A DNA stretch of 64,000 nucleotides from Patescibacteria group bacterium (GCA_023484515.1 JAMDAY010000007.1:50179-114178); one strand, 5' to 3'. Positions 18,169 to 28,317 are shown, counted from the first letter of the stretch. The notes: generated by a model from the letters alone, not told the origin. A program made the numbers and translations.

Positions 18169-21100
18169 TTACTTGTTATTTATAAATTCCCTCCTGTATT
18201 CCTGCCAGGAGACTATTCCTAAATTATCCGGCTGGTTTCTTCCCAGGGCTTTAACGAACGCGCGGGCCAAATGTAGGTCAATAAACAGCGGAATCTGGTT
18301 ATCTACGGCGGCGCGCCTTATGCGGAAACCGTCATTTAAATGCCGCTTGAGCTTGTCCTGTTCCTGCCTGCCTTCATTCTGGCTCAAATTTACCACAAAA
18401 GCAATATCCTTTCCCTCAATCGCGTTTAAGACGTTAGGCTGCTGCTCGGAAACCTTCCGCACAACAGTGCAGGCCACATTCTGTTCCCGCAGATACGAAG
18501 CAGTGGTATCGGTCGCGAGAATCTCATACCCCAAGAACACTAAAGTTTGTGCGGCTTCCAAAAATTTTATCTTGTTCAGTTCACCGCCCAAAGAAAGCAG
18601 CACGCGTTTTTTGGTAAAGTCAAAACTATTGGCGGACATTATGGACTTAAGCAAAGCCTCGTCGTAAGTGCGGCCAAAACAGGCTACCTCGCCGGTAGAG
18701 GACATTTCCACCTGCAAAACCGGATCCGCTCCTGAGAGGCGGGCAAAGGAAAACTGGGGCGATTTGACTACGACCGCGGGCGGATATTCATAATTGAATT
18801 TTTTTGCCTTGCCAAAAAAACTGTCCACGGCAATGGCCGGAAAATTGGTAAACAAGGCCTTGGACAGCAAGGGAAAGGTGCGGCTGGCGCGCACATTCAC
18901 TTCTATAACAAACGGCTGGTTGTCCTTGAATAAAAATTGGATGTTGAACGGCCCGGTAATTTTCAGCTCCTTGCTGATTTTTTTCGCAATCTGGCGAAGC
19001 TGGTATTCGGTGGAAGCGTATACGCGCTGCGTCGGATAAACAATGGTCGCGTCTCCGGAATGCACGCCCGCGTTTTCCACATGCTCGGCAATGGCATAAA
19101 CCATTAACTCTCCGTTTTGGGCGACTGCGTCAAATTCCAGCTCTTTGGCGTTTTCAATAAATTTGGATACTGTTACCGGATGCCGCTGGTTTAAGTCCGC
19201 GGCTTTGCCAATGAAATCCTTTAACTGCTGGGGATTGCGGCAAACGCTCATGGCGCTGCCCGATAAAACATAAGAAGGCCGCACCAGGACCGGGTAACCA
19301 ACTTCTTCGGCAAACTGTTCCGCCTTTTCCAGGCTGGCAAAGCTCTGCCAGCGGGGCTGCAAAATGCCCAGTTTGTCCAGGAGCGCGGAAAACTTATTGC
19401 GGTCTTCGGCACGGTCAATGTTTTCCGCGCTGGTCCCTAAAATGGGAGCTTTATAAGCCGCCAGCGCATTGGCCAGGTTGTTGGGCCGCTGCCCTCCTAC
19501 CGACACCGCCACTCCGCCCGATTGCTCAAAATCTAAAATGTCTGCCACGGTTTCAAAATTCAAATCTTCAAAATACAGCCGGTCGGACATGTCGTAGTCA
19601 GTGGACACGGTTTCGGGGTTGCAGTTGATAATTATGGTTTTTTTGTCATATTTTTTTAAAGCCAAAGCCGTATTCACACATGACCAGTCAAACTCCACCG
19701 AAGATCCGATATGATAAGGCCCGCTGCCCAAGACCATGACGGATTTTTTGCCCAAAGGCTGGACATCGTGATGGTTGCCATGATAAGTCAGATACAAATA
19801 ATTGGTCTGGGCCGGCACTTCTCCCGCCAAGGTGTCAATTTGGAACACGCTCGGCAATACGCCGGCTTTTTGGCGCAGGGCGCGAATTTCCAATTCGGTT
19901 TTTCCCGTCAAAAATGCAATTCTTTTGTCCGAAAGTCCGGCTTGCTTATAGCGGCACAGGCTTTGAGGATCCAGCATTTGTGACGCCTTCAGATTTTCTT
20001 CCGTGTCCACAATATTTTTTATCCGGTACAAAAACCACAAATCAATTCCCGTTGCCTGATAGATATCCTTTACTTTTGCGCCATTTTTTAAACTTTCAGC
20101 CAGGGCAAACAAACGTTTGGGCGTCGGTATTTTTAAAAATTTTTCGGAAAATTCTTTTTTTGATAAATTTTTAATGTTAAACCCGTTTTCCGTAACGCCT
20201 TGGACGCGGCCGCTTAACATGCGGCTGGCTTTTTGTAAAGCTTCTTCAAAACTTCTGCCTATGGCCATAACTTCGCCCACGGACTTCATGGCGCTGCCGA
20301 TTTTTTCTTCCGCTCCGGAAAACTTTTCCAAATCCCAGCGCGGCATTTTAACCACCACGTAATCAAGCGCCGGCTCAAAAAAACTTTGCGTAACTTTGGT
20401 CACTTGGTTTTGCACTTTGTTTAAAGTCTTACCCAAAGCCAGCTTTGCCGCAACATAAGCCAAAGGATAGCCGGTGGCCTTGGAAGCCAAAGCCGAGGAG
20501 CGCGACAAACGCGCGTTGACCTCGATTACATAATAATCTAAACCTTGCTTGCCTGTATGTCCATGCATCCGTGTTGATCCGTCATCTTTGATCTGTGTAG
20601 ATCCGTTTGGGTTTAACGCAAATTGGACATTGCATTCGCCAACAATTCCCAAGGATTTGACGATATTTACAGACACCTCGCGCAAACCATGGTATTCGTC
20701 GCTGGTCAAGGTCTGGCTGGGCGCCACCACAATGGAATCGCCGGTGTGGATGCCCAAAGGATCCATGTTTTCCATGTTGCAGACCGTGACGCAGTTGCCT
20801 TCTTTGTCGCGCACAACTTCGTATTCAATTTCCTTAAAATGATGCAAATATTTTTCCACCAGCACCTGCGGCGACACGGCCAAGGCGCCGCTGACTATCT
20901 CATTTAATTGCTTAAGATTATAAGCCACCCCGCTCTTTTGCCCGCCCAAAGCGTAAGCCGCGCGCACCATAACCGGAAAGCCAATTTGCTTGGCTATGGC
21001 TTGCGCCTGTACCAGAGTAGCAGCCGCTCCGCTCGGCGGAACTGCCACATTAATCTTCCGGAGATGGTCCGCAAAATTTTTCCGATCCTCCGTCAAAACA

Positions 21101-21459
21101 ACAGCTTCTATGGGCGTGCCCAAAACTTTAACCTTATGCTTCTTTAAAATGCCTTTACGGTGCAATTCCAACCCGCAATTTAGCGCGGTTTGCCCGCCAA
21201 AAGACAACAATATCCCGTCCGGCTTTTCCTTGGCAATAACCTTTTCCACAAAATAGGGCGTCACCGGCAAAAAATAAATTTCGTCAGCCAAAAGGGGAGA
21301 AGTTTGGATAGTGGCAATGTTGGGATTGACCAAAACCGTCTTTATCCCTTCTTCCTTTAACGCCTTCATGGCCTGGCTGCCCGAATAATCAAACTCCCCG
21401 GCCTCGCCAATTTTTAATGCCCCGCTTCCTAAGACTAATACTTTCTTAAGTGTTTTCAT
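18169..21459 (-). CDS. carB: Carbamoyl-phosphate synthase large subunit
   Basis: GSGALKIGEAGEFDYSG, two ATP-grasp halves, MGS domain. Confidence 0.97.
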   Translation of the reverse strand: MKTLKKVLVLGSGALKIGEAGEFDYSGSQAMKALKEEGIKTVLVNPNIATIQTSPLLADEIYFLPVTPYFVEKVIAKEKPDGILLSFGGQTALNCGLELHRKGILKKHKVKVLGTPIEAVVLTEDRKNFADHLRKINVAVPPSGAAATLVQAQAIAKQIGFPVMVRAAYALGGQKSGVAYNLKQLNEIVSGALAVSPQVLVEKYLHHFKEIEYEVVRDKEGNCVTVCNMENMDPLGIHTGDSIVVAPSQTLTSDEYHGLREVSVNIVKSLGIVGECNVQFALNPNGSTQIKDDGSTRMHGHTGKQGLDYYVIEVNARLSRSSALASKATGYPLAYVAAKLALGKTLNKVQNQVTKVTQSFFEPALDYVVVKMPRWDLEKFSGAEEKIGSAMKSVGEVMAIGRSFEEALQKASRMLSGRVQGVTENGFNIKNLSKKEFSEKFLKIPTPKRLFALAESLKNGAKVKDIYQATGIDLWFLYRIKNIVDTEENLKASQMLDPQSLCRYKQAGLSDKRIAFLTGKTELEIRALRQKAGVLPSVFQIDTLAGEVPAQTNYLYLTYHGNHHDVQPLGKKSVMVLGSGPYHIGSSVEFDWSCVNTALALKKYDKKTIIINCNPETVSTDYDMSDRLYFEDLNFETVADILDFEQSGGVAVSVGGQRPNNLANALAAYKAPILGTSAENIDRAEDRNKFSALLDKLGILQPRWQSFASLEKAEQFAEEVGYPVLVRPSYVLSGSAMSVCRNPQQLKDFIGKAADLNQRHPVTVSKFIENAKELEFDAVAQNGELMVYAIAEHVENAGVHSGDATIVYPTQRVYASTEYQLRQIAKKISKELKITGPFNIQFLFKDNQPFVIEVNVRASRTFPLLSKALFTNFPAIAVDSFFGKAKKFNYEYPPAVVVKSPQFSFARLSGADPVLQVEMSSTGEVACFGRTYDEALLKSIMSANSFDFTKKRVLLSLGGELNKIKFLEAAQTLVFLGYEILATDTTASYLREQNVACTVVRKVSEQQPNVLNAIEGKDIAFVVNLSQNEGRQEQDKLKRHLNDGFRIRRAAVDNQIPLFIDLHLARAFVKALGRNQPDNLGIVSWQEYRREFINNK

Positions 21460-21526
21460 AATAATGCTCTTTACAAAACTTTTTTTGCTTGCTATTCTAT
21501 GATATCCAATTGAAAGGAGTGGACAT

Positions 21527-21751
21527 ATGGGTCAGGTGATGAATACAGGCTCTCGTCTCTTTGGAAAGGTTAAGGTGGAGATTGAGGGTATAGGATCGCA
21601 AGTCCTGGACAACGTCCAGGGTTCAACGGTCGTGGGCTGTATCAATGTAGTCGGAGCGGCTTTGAGTGGGGGACCGTTTCAGGTTACTCCGGAGGAATGG
21701 GACGTTGGTTATCGCGCTTCCGACAATTTCATCCTGGTGCGGCGCAAGTGA
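21527..21751 (+). CDS. Orphan 74-aa protein on the opposite strand between carA and carB
   Basis: Promoter-like TTTACA-17-TATTCT, SD GAAAGGAG, terminator-like hairpin 21768-21809. Confidence 0.65.
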   Translation: MGQVMNTGSRLFGKVKVEIEGIGSQVLDNVQGSTVVGCINVVGAALSGGPFQVTPEEWDVGYRASDNFILVRRK

Positions 21752-21818
21752 CCCGGCTTTCATTCGTGAGGCAGCTTGCCGGTAATACCGGAGGCTGCCC
21801 TCTTTTTTTATGTGTATT

Positions 21819-21902
21819 TGTAGTTAGCTGATTTATCACGGTCGTTCGCGAACGACGTGATTTATCAGCTGTTATTAACAGCCCATAAATGGGCTAACTA
21901 CA
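21819..21902. repeat. GTAG-type REP doublet
   Basis: TGTAGTTAGCTGATTTATCA...GCCCATAAATGGGCTAACTACA; siblings 24205-24260, 58430-58481, 60128-60185. Confidence 0.8.
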
Positions 21903-21925
21903 TCTTAAATCTTAAATCCTAAATC

Positions 21926-23101
21926 TTAAATCTTTTTAAGGAACTCATCAAACAGCCACCCGGTATCCAACGGCCCCGGATGCGCTTCGGGATGGAATTG
22001 AACGGACATAAACGGCAGTTTGTTATGGATAATGCCTTCGTTGGTCTTGTCGTTGGCGTTGTAAAACCACTGTTTAAAGCCTTTGGGAATTTTTTTAATG
22101 GCGAAACCGTGGTTCTGGGTGGTTAAATAGCATTTGTTCGTGCCCTGCAAAACACACGGCTGGTTCTGGCCGCGATGCCCATACTTTAGCTTATAAGTAT
22201 CACCATCGGCTGCTAAAGCTAGAATTTGATTGCCTAAACAAATACCAAATGTCGGGATCTTTTTGGCCAGTAGATATTTTACGTTTTCTATGGTGGTGGT
22301 TGCCTGCTTGGGGTCGCCCGGGCCGTTGGAAATTAAGGCAGCGTCAAATTTCAGTTTTTTCAAATTGTAATCCCAAGGCACTACCACGACTTTTACGTTG
22401 CGCTTGACCAATTCGCGCACAATGTTTTGCTTAAGGCCGCAGTCAATAACCACAACCGTCTTTTTGCCCGAACCCGCGCGGTAAACTTTTTTCGTGGAAA
22501 CTTTGGCGGCTAAATTTTCAAGGTTGGGGTCTTTGAATTCTGTCATTGCCAGGCCGCCTTGCCCGCCGAAGCCTTGGCGGAGGAGGGGGTTTTGTCCGGC
22601 CGACCGAAGATACGCCGAAGCCTTGGCGAAGGTGGACGAAGCAATCTTCTCCTGTGATAGATTGCTTCGCTCGGATGCACTCGCTCGCAATGACACATTA
22701 TTAAATTCCATTTTCCCCAACATGACTCCATGGGTCCGCAGCTTTTGCGTAATTTCCCTGGTATCCTTAATCTCCAAAGCAGGAATGTTTTGCTTTTTCA
22801 GCCAGTCTGACAATGTCTGTTTGCTTGAATGATGCGAAGGCGTATCTATATAGCTTGATACCACTAACCCCGAAACTTGAATTTTACCAGATTCCCAATA
22901 TTTTTTCTCCGGCACGCCATAATTGCCCTGCAGGGGATAGGTTAAAACCAAAATCTGCCCGGCATAAGAGGGATCGGTCAAGCTTTCCGGATACCCGACC
23001 ATGCCCGTGGCAAATACCACTTCGCCCGCCATGGGCTTTTCTTTGCCAAAACTTTTACCAACGTATTCGCTGCCGTCTTTTAAAATAAGGTTGCCGATCA
23101 T
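21926..23101 (-). CDS. carA: Carbamoyl-phosphate synthase small subunit with ~50-aa in-frame repeat insertion
   Basis: GEVVFATGMVGY, SNGPGDP, GICLG, QFHPE. Confidence 0.96.
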   Translation of the reverse strand: MIGNLILKDGSEYVGKSFGKEKPMAGEVVFATGMVGYPESLTDPSYAGQILVLTYPLQGNYGVPEKKYWESGKIQVSGLVVSSYIDTPSHHSSKQTLSDWLKKQNIPALEIKDTREITQKLRTHGVMLGKMEFNNVSLRASASERSNLSQEKIASSTFAKASAYLRSAGQNPLLRQGFGGQGGLAMTEFKDPNLENLAAKVSTKKVYRAGSGKKTVVVIDCGLKQNIVRELVKRNVKVVVVPWDYNLKKLKFDAALISNGPGDPKQATTTIENVKYLLAKKIPTFGICLGNQILALAADGDTYKLKYGHRGQNQPCVLQGTNKCYLTTQNHGFAIKKIPKGFKQWFYNANDKTNEGIIHNKLPFMSVQFHPEAHPGPLDTGWLFDEFLKKI

Positions 23102-23365
23102 AATATTATCTTTGCCTATTGATATCCGCCTTCGCTTTCACCTTCGCGCAAGGCTACGGAGGACTTTCAGAAAGCTCCGGCGTATTATCCTCTATATTTT
23201 CCTGCCTTCGGCAGATTTAATTAATATGGATAAAAAAATAACCACCTTTCGGGTGATTAAATTTTAAACAATAGATTTAAATTGGAATCCGGAAACAGTG
23301 CTTCCATATCGCGCTTCGGAATATTTGTGCTGGTTCGTTGATTGCTTTTCATTCGCGGATTTGTG

Positions 23366-24655
23366 CTAATTCGTATTGTTATATACTCTGCCTCTTACAA
23401 TAGCACACTTTACTTTTCCTGGGAAGACCCTGCCGGTAAAGGGCGACCAGCCGCATTTGGTTTTTAAATTCTCCTTTTTTACAAGCCATTTTTGCGATAA
23501 ATCCAAAATTGTCAGCGACCCCGCAAAGCCCTCCTTTATTTCCCCACACCGTTCCGTGCGAAAGCTGTTTACAAAACGGCCCGGATTAAAACTGCAAATC
23601 CTGGCAATGTCTTGCGGCTCAAAATTACATTCCTTAAGCAGCCACGCGGCAAAAGCCCCGTAAGTATCCAAGTGAGGGACTCCTGACATGCCTTTTAATT
23701 TTTCTTCTGCGGTATGCGGGGCATGGTCAGTTGCCAAAAAATCTATGTCGCCTTTTCTTAAGGCCTCAATCATGGCCAAACGGTCTTCCGGTGCCCTAAG
23801 TGGCGGGTTCATTTGCAGCCACTTGCGGTTTTCTTCTGTCAGCATCGTGTCGTCAAAATACAAATGGTGAGGCGCAACTTCGCAAGCCACGTCTAAGCCT
23901 GCTTTTTTGGCACTGATAATTTTAGCCAGGCCTTCCTTAACGGAATAATGGCATAGTTTCCCGTGCAAGCGGTATTTTTCAATAAGATACAAAGCAAAAT
24001 CCGTGGCCTTAAGTTCGGCCTCGGCCGGGCGGCGCTGTTCGTGAGTCGGCTGGTTTTTGTTGGCTTCCAAAATTTCCGGATCTTCGCAATGGAAACTTAC
24101 ATATTGGCCTTCATATCGTTTAATCGCTTCTTCCAATTCCTGCTGCGAATGGAAAAACAAATCGCCGATTGACGGGCCCATAAAGGCTTTGTAAGGCGGT
24201 TGTGTTGTAATGTGCCCATTTATGGGCTGCATTGATGGCCGATAAATCGGCGCACTACAACTAAATGGCTTCGTCTTCGGTCCAATCCCCCCATACAGCG
24301 TTACGTCCACCAACGCTTTTTCGGCAAGCGCCAATTTTTCCCCGTAAGATTTTTCGTCCACCGGCGCCACGGGGTTATTGGGCATATCGCAAATATGCGT
24401 TACCCCGCCGTTTATGGCCGCCTCGGACGCGCTTAAAAAGTCTTCTTTGTAATTTTGCAAGCCCGAGACATCTTCCCGCGCATGCACGTGCAAATCTACA
24501 AACCCGGGAAATACCAGACAATCTTCGCCGCATACAATATCGGCGCTGCCCGTAGCCTCGCCAACACTTTTGATCAATCCCGTCTCCTGATTAATCTCCA
24601 CGCGCCCGTAAATTTCGCTGTCGTGGTTTATTATTTTGCCTTCAATTGATAACAT
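23366..24655 (-). CDS. pyrC: Dihydroorotase
   Basis: DLHVHARE, DMPNN, MNPPLR, ATDHAPH. Confidence 0.92.
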   Translation of the reverse strand: MLSIEGKIINHDSEIYGRVEINQETGLIKSVGEATGSADIVCGEDCLVFPGFVDLHVHAREDVSGLQNYKEDFLSASEAAINGGVTHICDMPNNPVAPVDEKSYGEKLALAEKALVDVTLYGGIGPKTKPFSCSAPIYRPSMQPINGHITTQPPYKAFMGPSIGDLFFHSQQELEEAIKRYEGQYVSFHCEDPEILEANKNQPTHEQRRPAEAELKATDFALYLIEKYRLHGKLCHYSVKEGLAKIISAKKAGLDVACEVAPHHLYFDDTMLTEENRKWLQMNPPLRAPEDRLAMIEALRKGDIDFLATDHAPHTAEEKLKGMSGVPHLDTYGAFAAWLLKECNFEPQDIARICSFNPGRFVNSFRTERCGEIKEGFAGSLTILDLSQKWLVKKENLKTKCGWSPFTGRVFPGKVKCAIVRGRVYNNTN

Positions 24656-24675
24656 GTTTGGAATTCATGATTCAA

Positions 24676-25470
24676 TTACCTGTATTTGTTTATCTCATCC
24701 CTGAGCTTTTTCGCCTCCTCCGCCGGGTTTTCCGCAAAAATAATGCCTCGTGCGGAATGAATAAACAGCCCGCGTTTTTGGTCGTTTAATCCCGCTTCCA
24801 CCACAGCCTTTACGTCCCCGCCCTGTGCGCCCACTCCCGGAACCAAAAATGCAGTCCTTCCCATTATTTCCCGCAATTTTTCCATTTCTTCCGGATACGT
24901 TGCCCCGGCAACCAACATACAATTATGATTATAATTCCATTCGTCCCGCACTTTTTCGGCAACAATCTGCCACACCGGCTTGCCGTCGGCAACCAAATCT
25001 TGCAACTCGCCGGCGCCGGGATTGGAAGTCCGGCACAGCACAATACAACCCTTGTCCGCGCGGTCCAAAAACGGCTTTAGCGCCTCCTTGCCCAAGTATG
25101 GATGCAGGGTTGTAGCGTCAAAATTAAAATAATCAAACAATTCCTCCACGTAACCGTTGTTGGTATTGCCAATGTCCGCGCGCTTGGCATCGCAAATAAT
25201 AAACATGTCCGGATGCCGCTGCTTTAAGTATTCCACGGATAATTTTAAGTCATTCAACCCTTGTCCGCCCCGCGCTTCGTAAAAAGCGATGTTGAATTTA
25301 AAACTGGCGGCAAATTCCGCCGTCTGGTCAATAATCCACTTATTAAATTCAAACTGCAGGTTCTCCATTTGCTTAAACTTATCCGGCAGCTTGTTAAAAT
25401 CGCTGTCCAGCCCCACGCATACCAGAGAATTAACCTTATCCGCCCGCTGATTGTATTTGTCTATGACCAT
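24676..25470 (-). CDS. pyrF: Orotidine-5'-phosphate decarboxylase
   Basis: VCVGLD, DAKRADIGNT, LVPGVGAQGG. Confidence 0.96.
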   Translation of the reverse strand: MVIDKYNQRADKVNSLVCVGLDSDFNKLPDKFKQMENLQFEFNKWIIDQTAEFAASFKFNIAFYEARGGQGLNDLKLSVEYLKQRHPDMFIICDAKRADIGNTNNGYVEELFDYFNFDATTLHPYLGKEALKPFLDRADKGCIVLCRTSNPGAGELQDLVADGKPVWQIVAEKVRDEWNYNHNCMLVAGATYPEEMEKLREIMGRTAFLVPGVGAQGGDVKAVVEAGLNDQKRGLFIHSARGIIFAENPAEEAKKLRDEINKYR

Positions 25471-25491
25471 AAAAAAATTTAGATATAAAAT

Positions 25492-26124
25492 TTAGGATTT
25501 AAGATTTTTTGCTTCTAAATATTTTTTACCATGGCCAACTGCCGTATTAATGGGAATTCCCGAATCGCACAGCGGGCAACGGCCTTCTTCATACATAGGC
25601 ACCTCTAAAATATCCAGAGGGAAAAAAGGGGTGTTGAAATATTGGCTGTTTACTTCCCTGGTATTTTTATTTACCATCACGCACACGCCCGCAACTTGGC
25701 CGCCAATAGACCTTACAGCATCCGTGGTTTTTTTTGCGCTGCCCCCGGTCTGGGTTAAATCTTCCACCACCAAAATTTTTTTCCCGGCAACATACTTGTC
25801 GTATCCTCTGGTAAACTGCATCCCGCCTTCCGGAGTTTTTTCCGCATACACGCCAAAAATTTCCGTGCCTTTAATTTGGGAAAGATGAAACGCCACCCAT
25901 TGCGATAAAATAACCCCTCCCAAAACCGGACCCACTATTGTATCTATATCCAGATCTTTCACCGCTTCTGCCATAAGGCGGCAAACCTCGGAAGTCTCCT
26001 TGGTATGGGGGTATAAGGCATCTTTATTAATATACGTATCAAAATGCTTGCCTGAAGTTCCGACAAAATGGCTGCCTGCAATAACTGCACCGACTTGTTT
26101 TAAAATATCCAATACTTGACTCAT
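25492..26124 (-). CDS. pyrE: Orotate phosphoribosyltransferase
   Basis: HF..TSGKH, LVVEDLTQTGGS PRPP-binding motif; pyr context. Confidence 0.88.
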   Translation of the reverse strand: MSQVLDILKQVGAVIAGSHFVGTSGKHFDTYINKDALYPHTKETSEVCRLMAEAVKDLDIDTIVGPVLGGVILSQWVAFHLSQIKGTEIFGVYAEKTPEGGMQFTRGYDKYVAGKKILVVEDLTQTGGSAKKTTDAVRSIGGQVAGVCVMVNKNTREVNSQYFNTPFFPLDILEVPMYEEGRCPLCDSGIPINTAVGHGKKYLEAKNLKS

Positions 26125-26129
26125 AAAAT

Positions 26130-27218
26130 TTATTTAATTGCCTTTTTAATCTCCTGCGCCAAAAAAGGGTTCCACATGGCGCCGGTGGCGGACATAACCG
26201 CGTCCGCGCCGCTTTCAACGTATTGATGATAATCGTCCACACTCATAACCCCGCCCACACCGATTATGGCAAATTTCATGCCCAATTCTTCGCGCAAAAA
26301 TTTTAATCTTTCTACCATATCCAGACCCGCCCATTTGACCGGCGCGCCGCAAATACCGGATTTAAGCCGCCAGGGCCCGCCAGGCAACGCCTGCTTGCCG
26401 TTTTCATCCAAAACGGCGGAAGGTATGGTGTTTATTGCGGATATGCCGTCAACAATACGTCCCAATTCTTTTACTAATGACCGCAGTTCATCGTCACTTT
26501 GGAAATACGAAACTTTAATAACGAGCGGAGTGTTACCGATTTCGTTCTTTATCGCATCCGCAATGCGCTGCGACTGGGCAATGTCGTAACACAACAACCT
26601 TTTTACTAAATTGCCTTCGTTTGGGCAGCTAAAGTTCGCCTCAATTCCGTGGACCTTGGTTCCGTTCATCAGGCGGGCGGCCAGCACCCAATCTTTCAGA
26701 AAATCATTTTCCGTAAAATTCGCGCCCCAGCGCGTGCCTTCTATCATGCCGCTGACAAATTTTCCCGGATGTCCGTTGGCCCATTTTATAACATCCGCAA
26801 TGTCCTGCTGCCAGACATCAACAGAAAACGAAGGATTGCCGAACGAATTGGTTATAGCCAGCGGTTCGGTAAAACCTTTTTTTACCACCAGGCCTTTTTG
26901 GGCTTGTTCCAAAGTTAAGTCGCCCCGGACCTTAACCGGTAAAATATTTGGCCATTCGTTTACCTTTTTTGCCCGCGTCCGCACGGTCTTGTAAACGCAA
27001 ATATCAAATCCTTTTTCAAATGCCGCTTTAACAAAATTACTGTTAATCAGCGGTCCTGCCGGAATGCCAAAAGGCGCAAACACCTTTCTGCCTAAAAATT
27101 CATACTGCGGTTCGCCTTCGTCTTTAAAAATTTGATGGTCTGCAAACGCGCCAAAAGGGCCTTGCTCGTAATTTTCTTCGTAAGTTTTTAGCGGGTCGTA
27201 AAATGGTTGTAATAACAT
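26130..27218 (-). CDS. pyrD: Dihydroorotate dehydrogenase (class 1-like, divergent)
   Basis: PFGIPAGP, YKT, NFSCPN, AINT, IIGVGGV. Confidence 0.82.
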   Translation of the reverse strand: MLLQPFYDPLKTYEENYEQGPFGAFADHQIFKDEGEPQYEFLGRKVFAPFGIPAGPLINSNFVKAAFEKGFDICVYKTVRTRAKKVNEWPNILPVKVRGDLTLEQAQKGLVVKKGFTEPLAITNSFGNPSFSVDVWQQDIADVIKWANGHPGKFVSGMIEGTRWGANFTENDFLKDWVLAARLMNGTKVHGIEANFSCPNEGNLVKRLLCYDIAQSQRIADAIKNEIGNTPLVIKVSYFQSDDELRSLVKELGRIVDGISAINTIPSAVLDENGKQALPGGPWRLKSGICGAPVKWAGLDMVERLKFLREELGMKFAIIGVGGVMSVDDYHQYVESGADAVMSATGAMWNPFLAQEIKKAIK

Positions 27219-27283
27219 GGTATTATAATGCGAAACAGTATGCGAATGATGTAAAAAAGGTTATTTGCAATTTTCACATTATA

Positions 27284-28141
27284 TTATATTGATAACTGGT
27301 CTTTTATGCTGACGGCAGAAACGGGAGAAGGGATGGAATCGGAAACAAACACCTTTTCAGCCAAAGCCTGCAGGCGTTCCAAAGAATCGTGGAGAAATAA
27401 GCCGTGGGATGCCGCGCAGCAAATTTTTTTAGCGCCACACTCCTTCATTCGTTCCAAAGCCTTGATCATAGTAGAGCCGGTGCTGATCATATCGTCCAGA
27501 ATAAGGACATTTTTTCCTTCCACGTCCAGCTCGCCTTCCAATTTTTCTATATTCCGGTAAGAAATGGTGTTATCTTTGTAATCCTGTCGCACTTTTTTCA
27601 TGGATTGCCCCCCATGCTGCTTAACCAAATAATTCGCGCCCTGGTCAGGGCCGATAATTTCAAATCCTTCGCCGCCAAACACCTGCTTGGCATGTGCCAC
27701 CAAGGCCTTGCTTAAGGAATGGTTTTGGATTTTCAGGCCGCAATATTCGCTTTCACCTTCTTCGTTCAAAAAATGGCAGTCAAAAGTCACGAATTTTTCG
27801 CAACCCATCATCCTTAACATCCGGCAAACCACGTCAGCGCTGGCCACTTCTCCTTCCAAAAGTTTTTTGTGCTGCCGCGCATAAGGCAAGTAAGGAGAAA
27901 CAACCGTGACTTTGGCGCCAACTTCGTTCAGCGCATCCAAAACCAAGAACAGTTCCATAAATGAGTGGTTCTGGTGCGGATACAGCCGGTGGAAAAGCGT
28001 TATCTCTTTGCCTTTAAAACTATTAAGATGCGGAATGTGCACGTGGCTGTCGCCGTCCGGAAAAGTGCCAATTTCTATATTTGGGGTTAAGATGTCGCTA
28101 AAATTCGGGGAAACAAGCCTTAAGGGCGCGGATTGGTCCAT
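27284..28141 (-). CDS. prs: Ribose-phosphate pyrophosphokinase
   Basis: FPDGD, PYLPYARQ, ILDDMISTGST. Confidence 0.9.
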   Translation of the reverse strand: MDQSAPLRLVSPNFSDILTPNIEIGTFPDGDSHVHIPHLNSFKGKEITLFHRLYPHQNHSFMELFLVLDALNEVGAKVTVVSPYLPYARQHKKLLEGEVASADVVCRMLRMMGCEKFVTFDCHFLNEEGESEYCGLKIQNHSLSKALVAHAKQVFGGEGFEIIGPDQGANYLVKQHGGQSMKKVRQDYKDNTISYRNIEKLEGELDVEGKNVLILDDMISTGSTMIKALERMKECGAKKICCAASHGLFLHDSLERLQALAEKVFVSDSIPSPVSAVSIKDQLSI

Positions 28142-28317
28142 ATAAATTTTAATTTTATTAATGTCAACGACCTTATGATAACAAATTTTATATAGTATTC
28201 GCAAATATACAAATTTAATGCTAATATACAAATCGCCGCCTGGCCAATTATTTCAGTAAATATGGCCGAATGGCTATTTATATATTTGTTACAATTTATA
28301 TTTTTGCGAATACTCCC

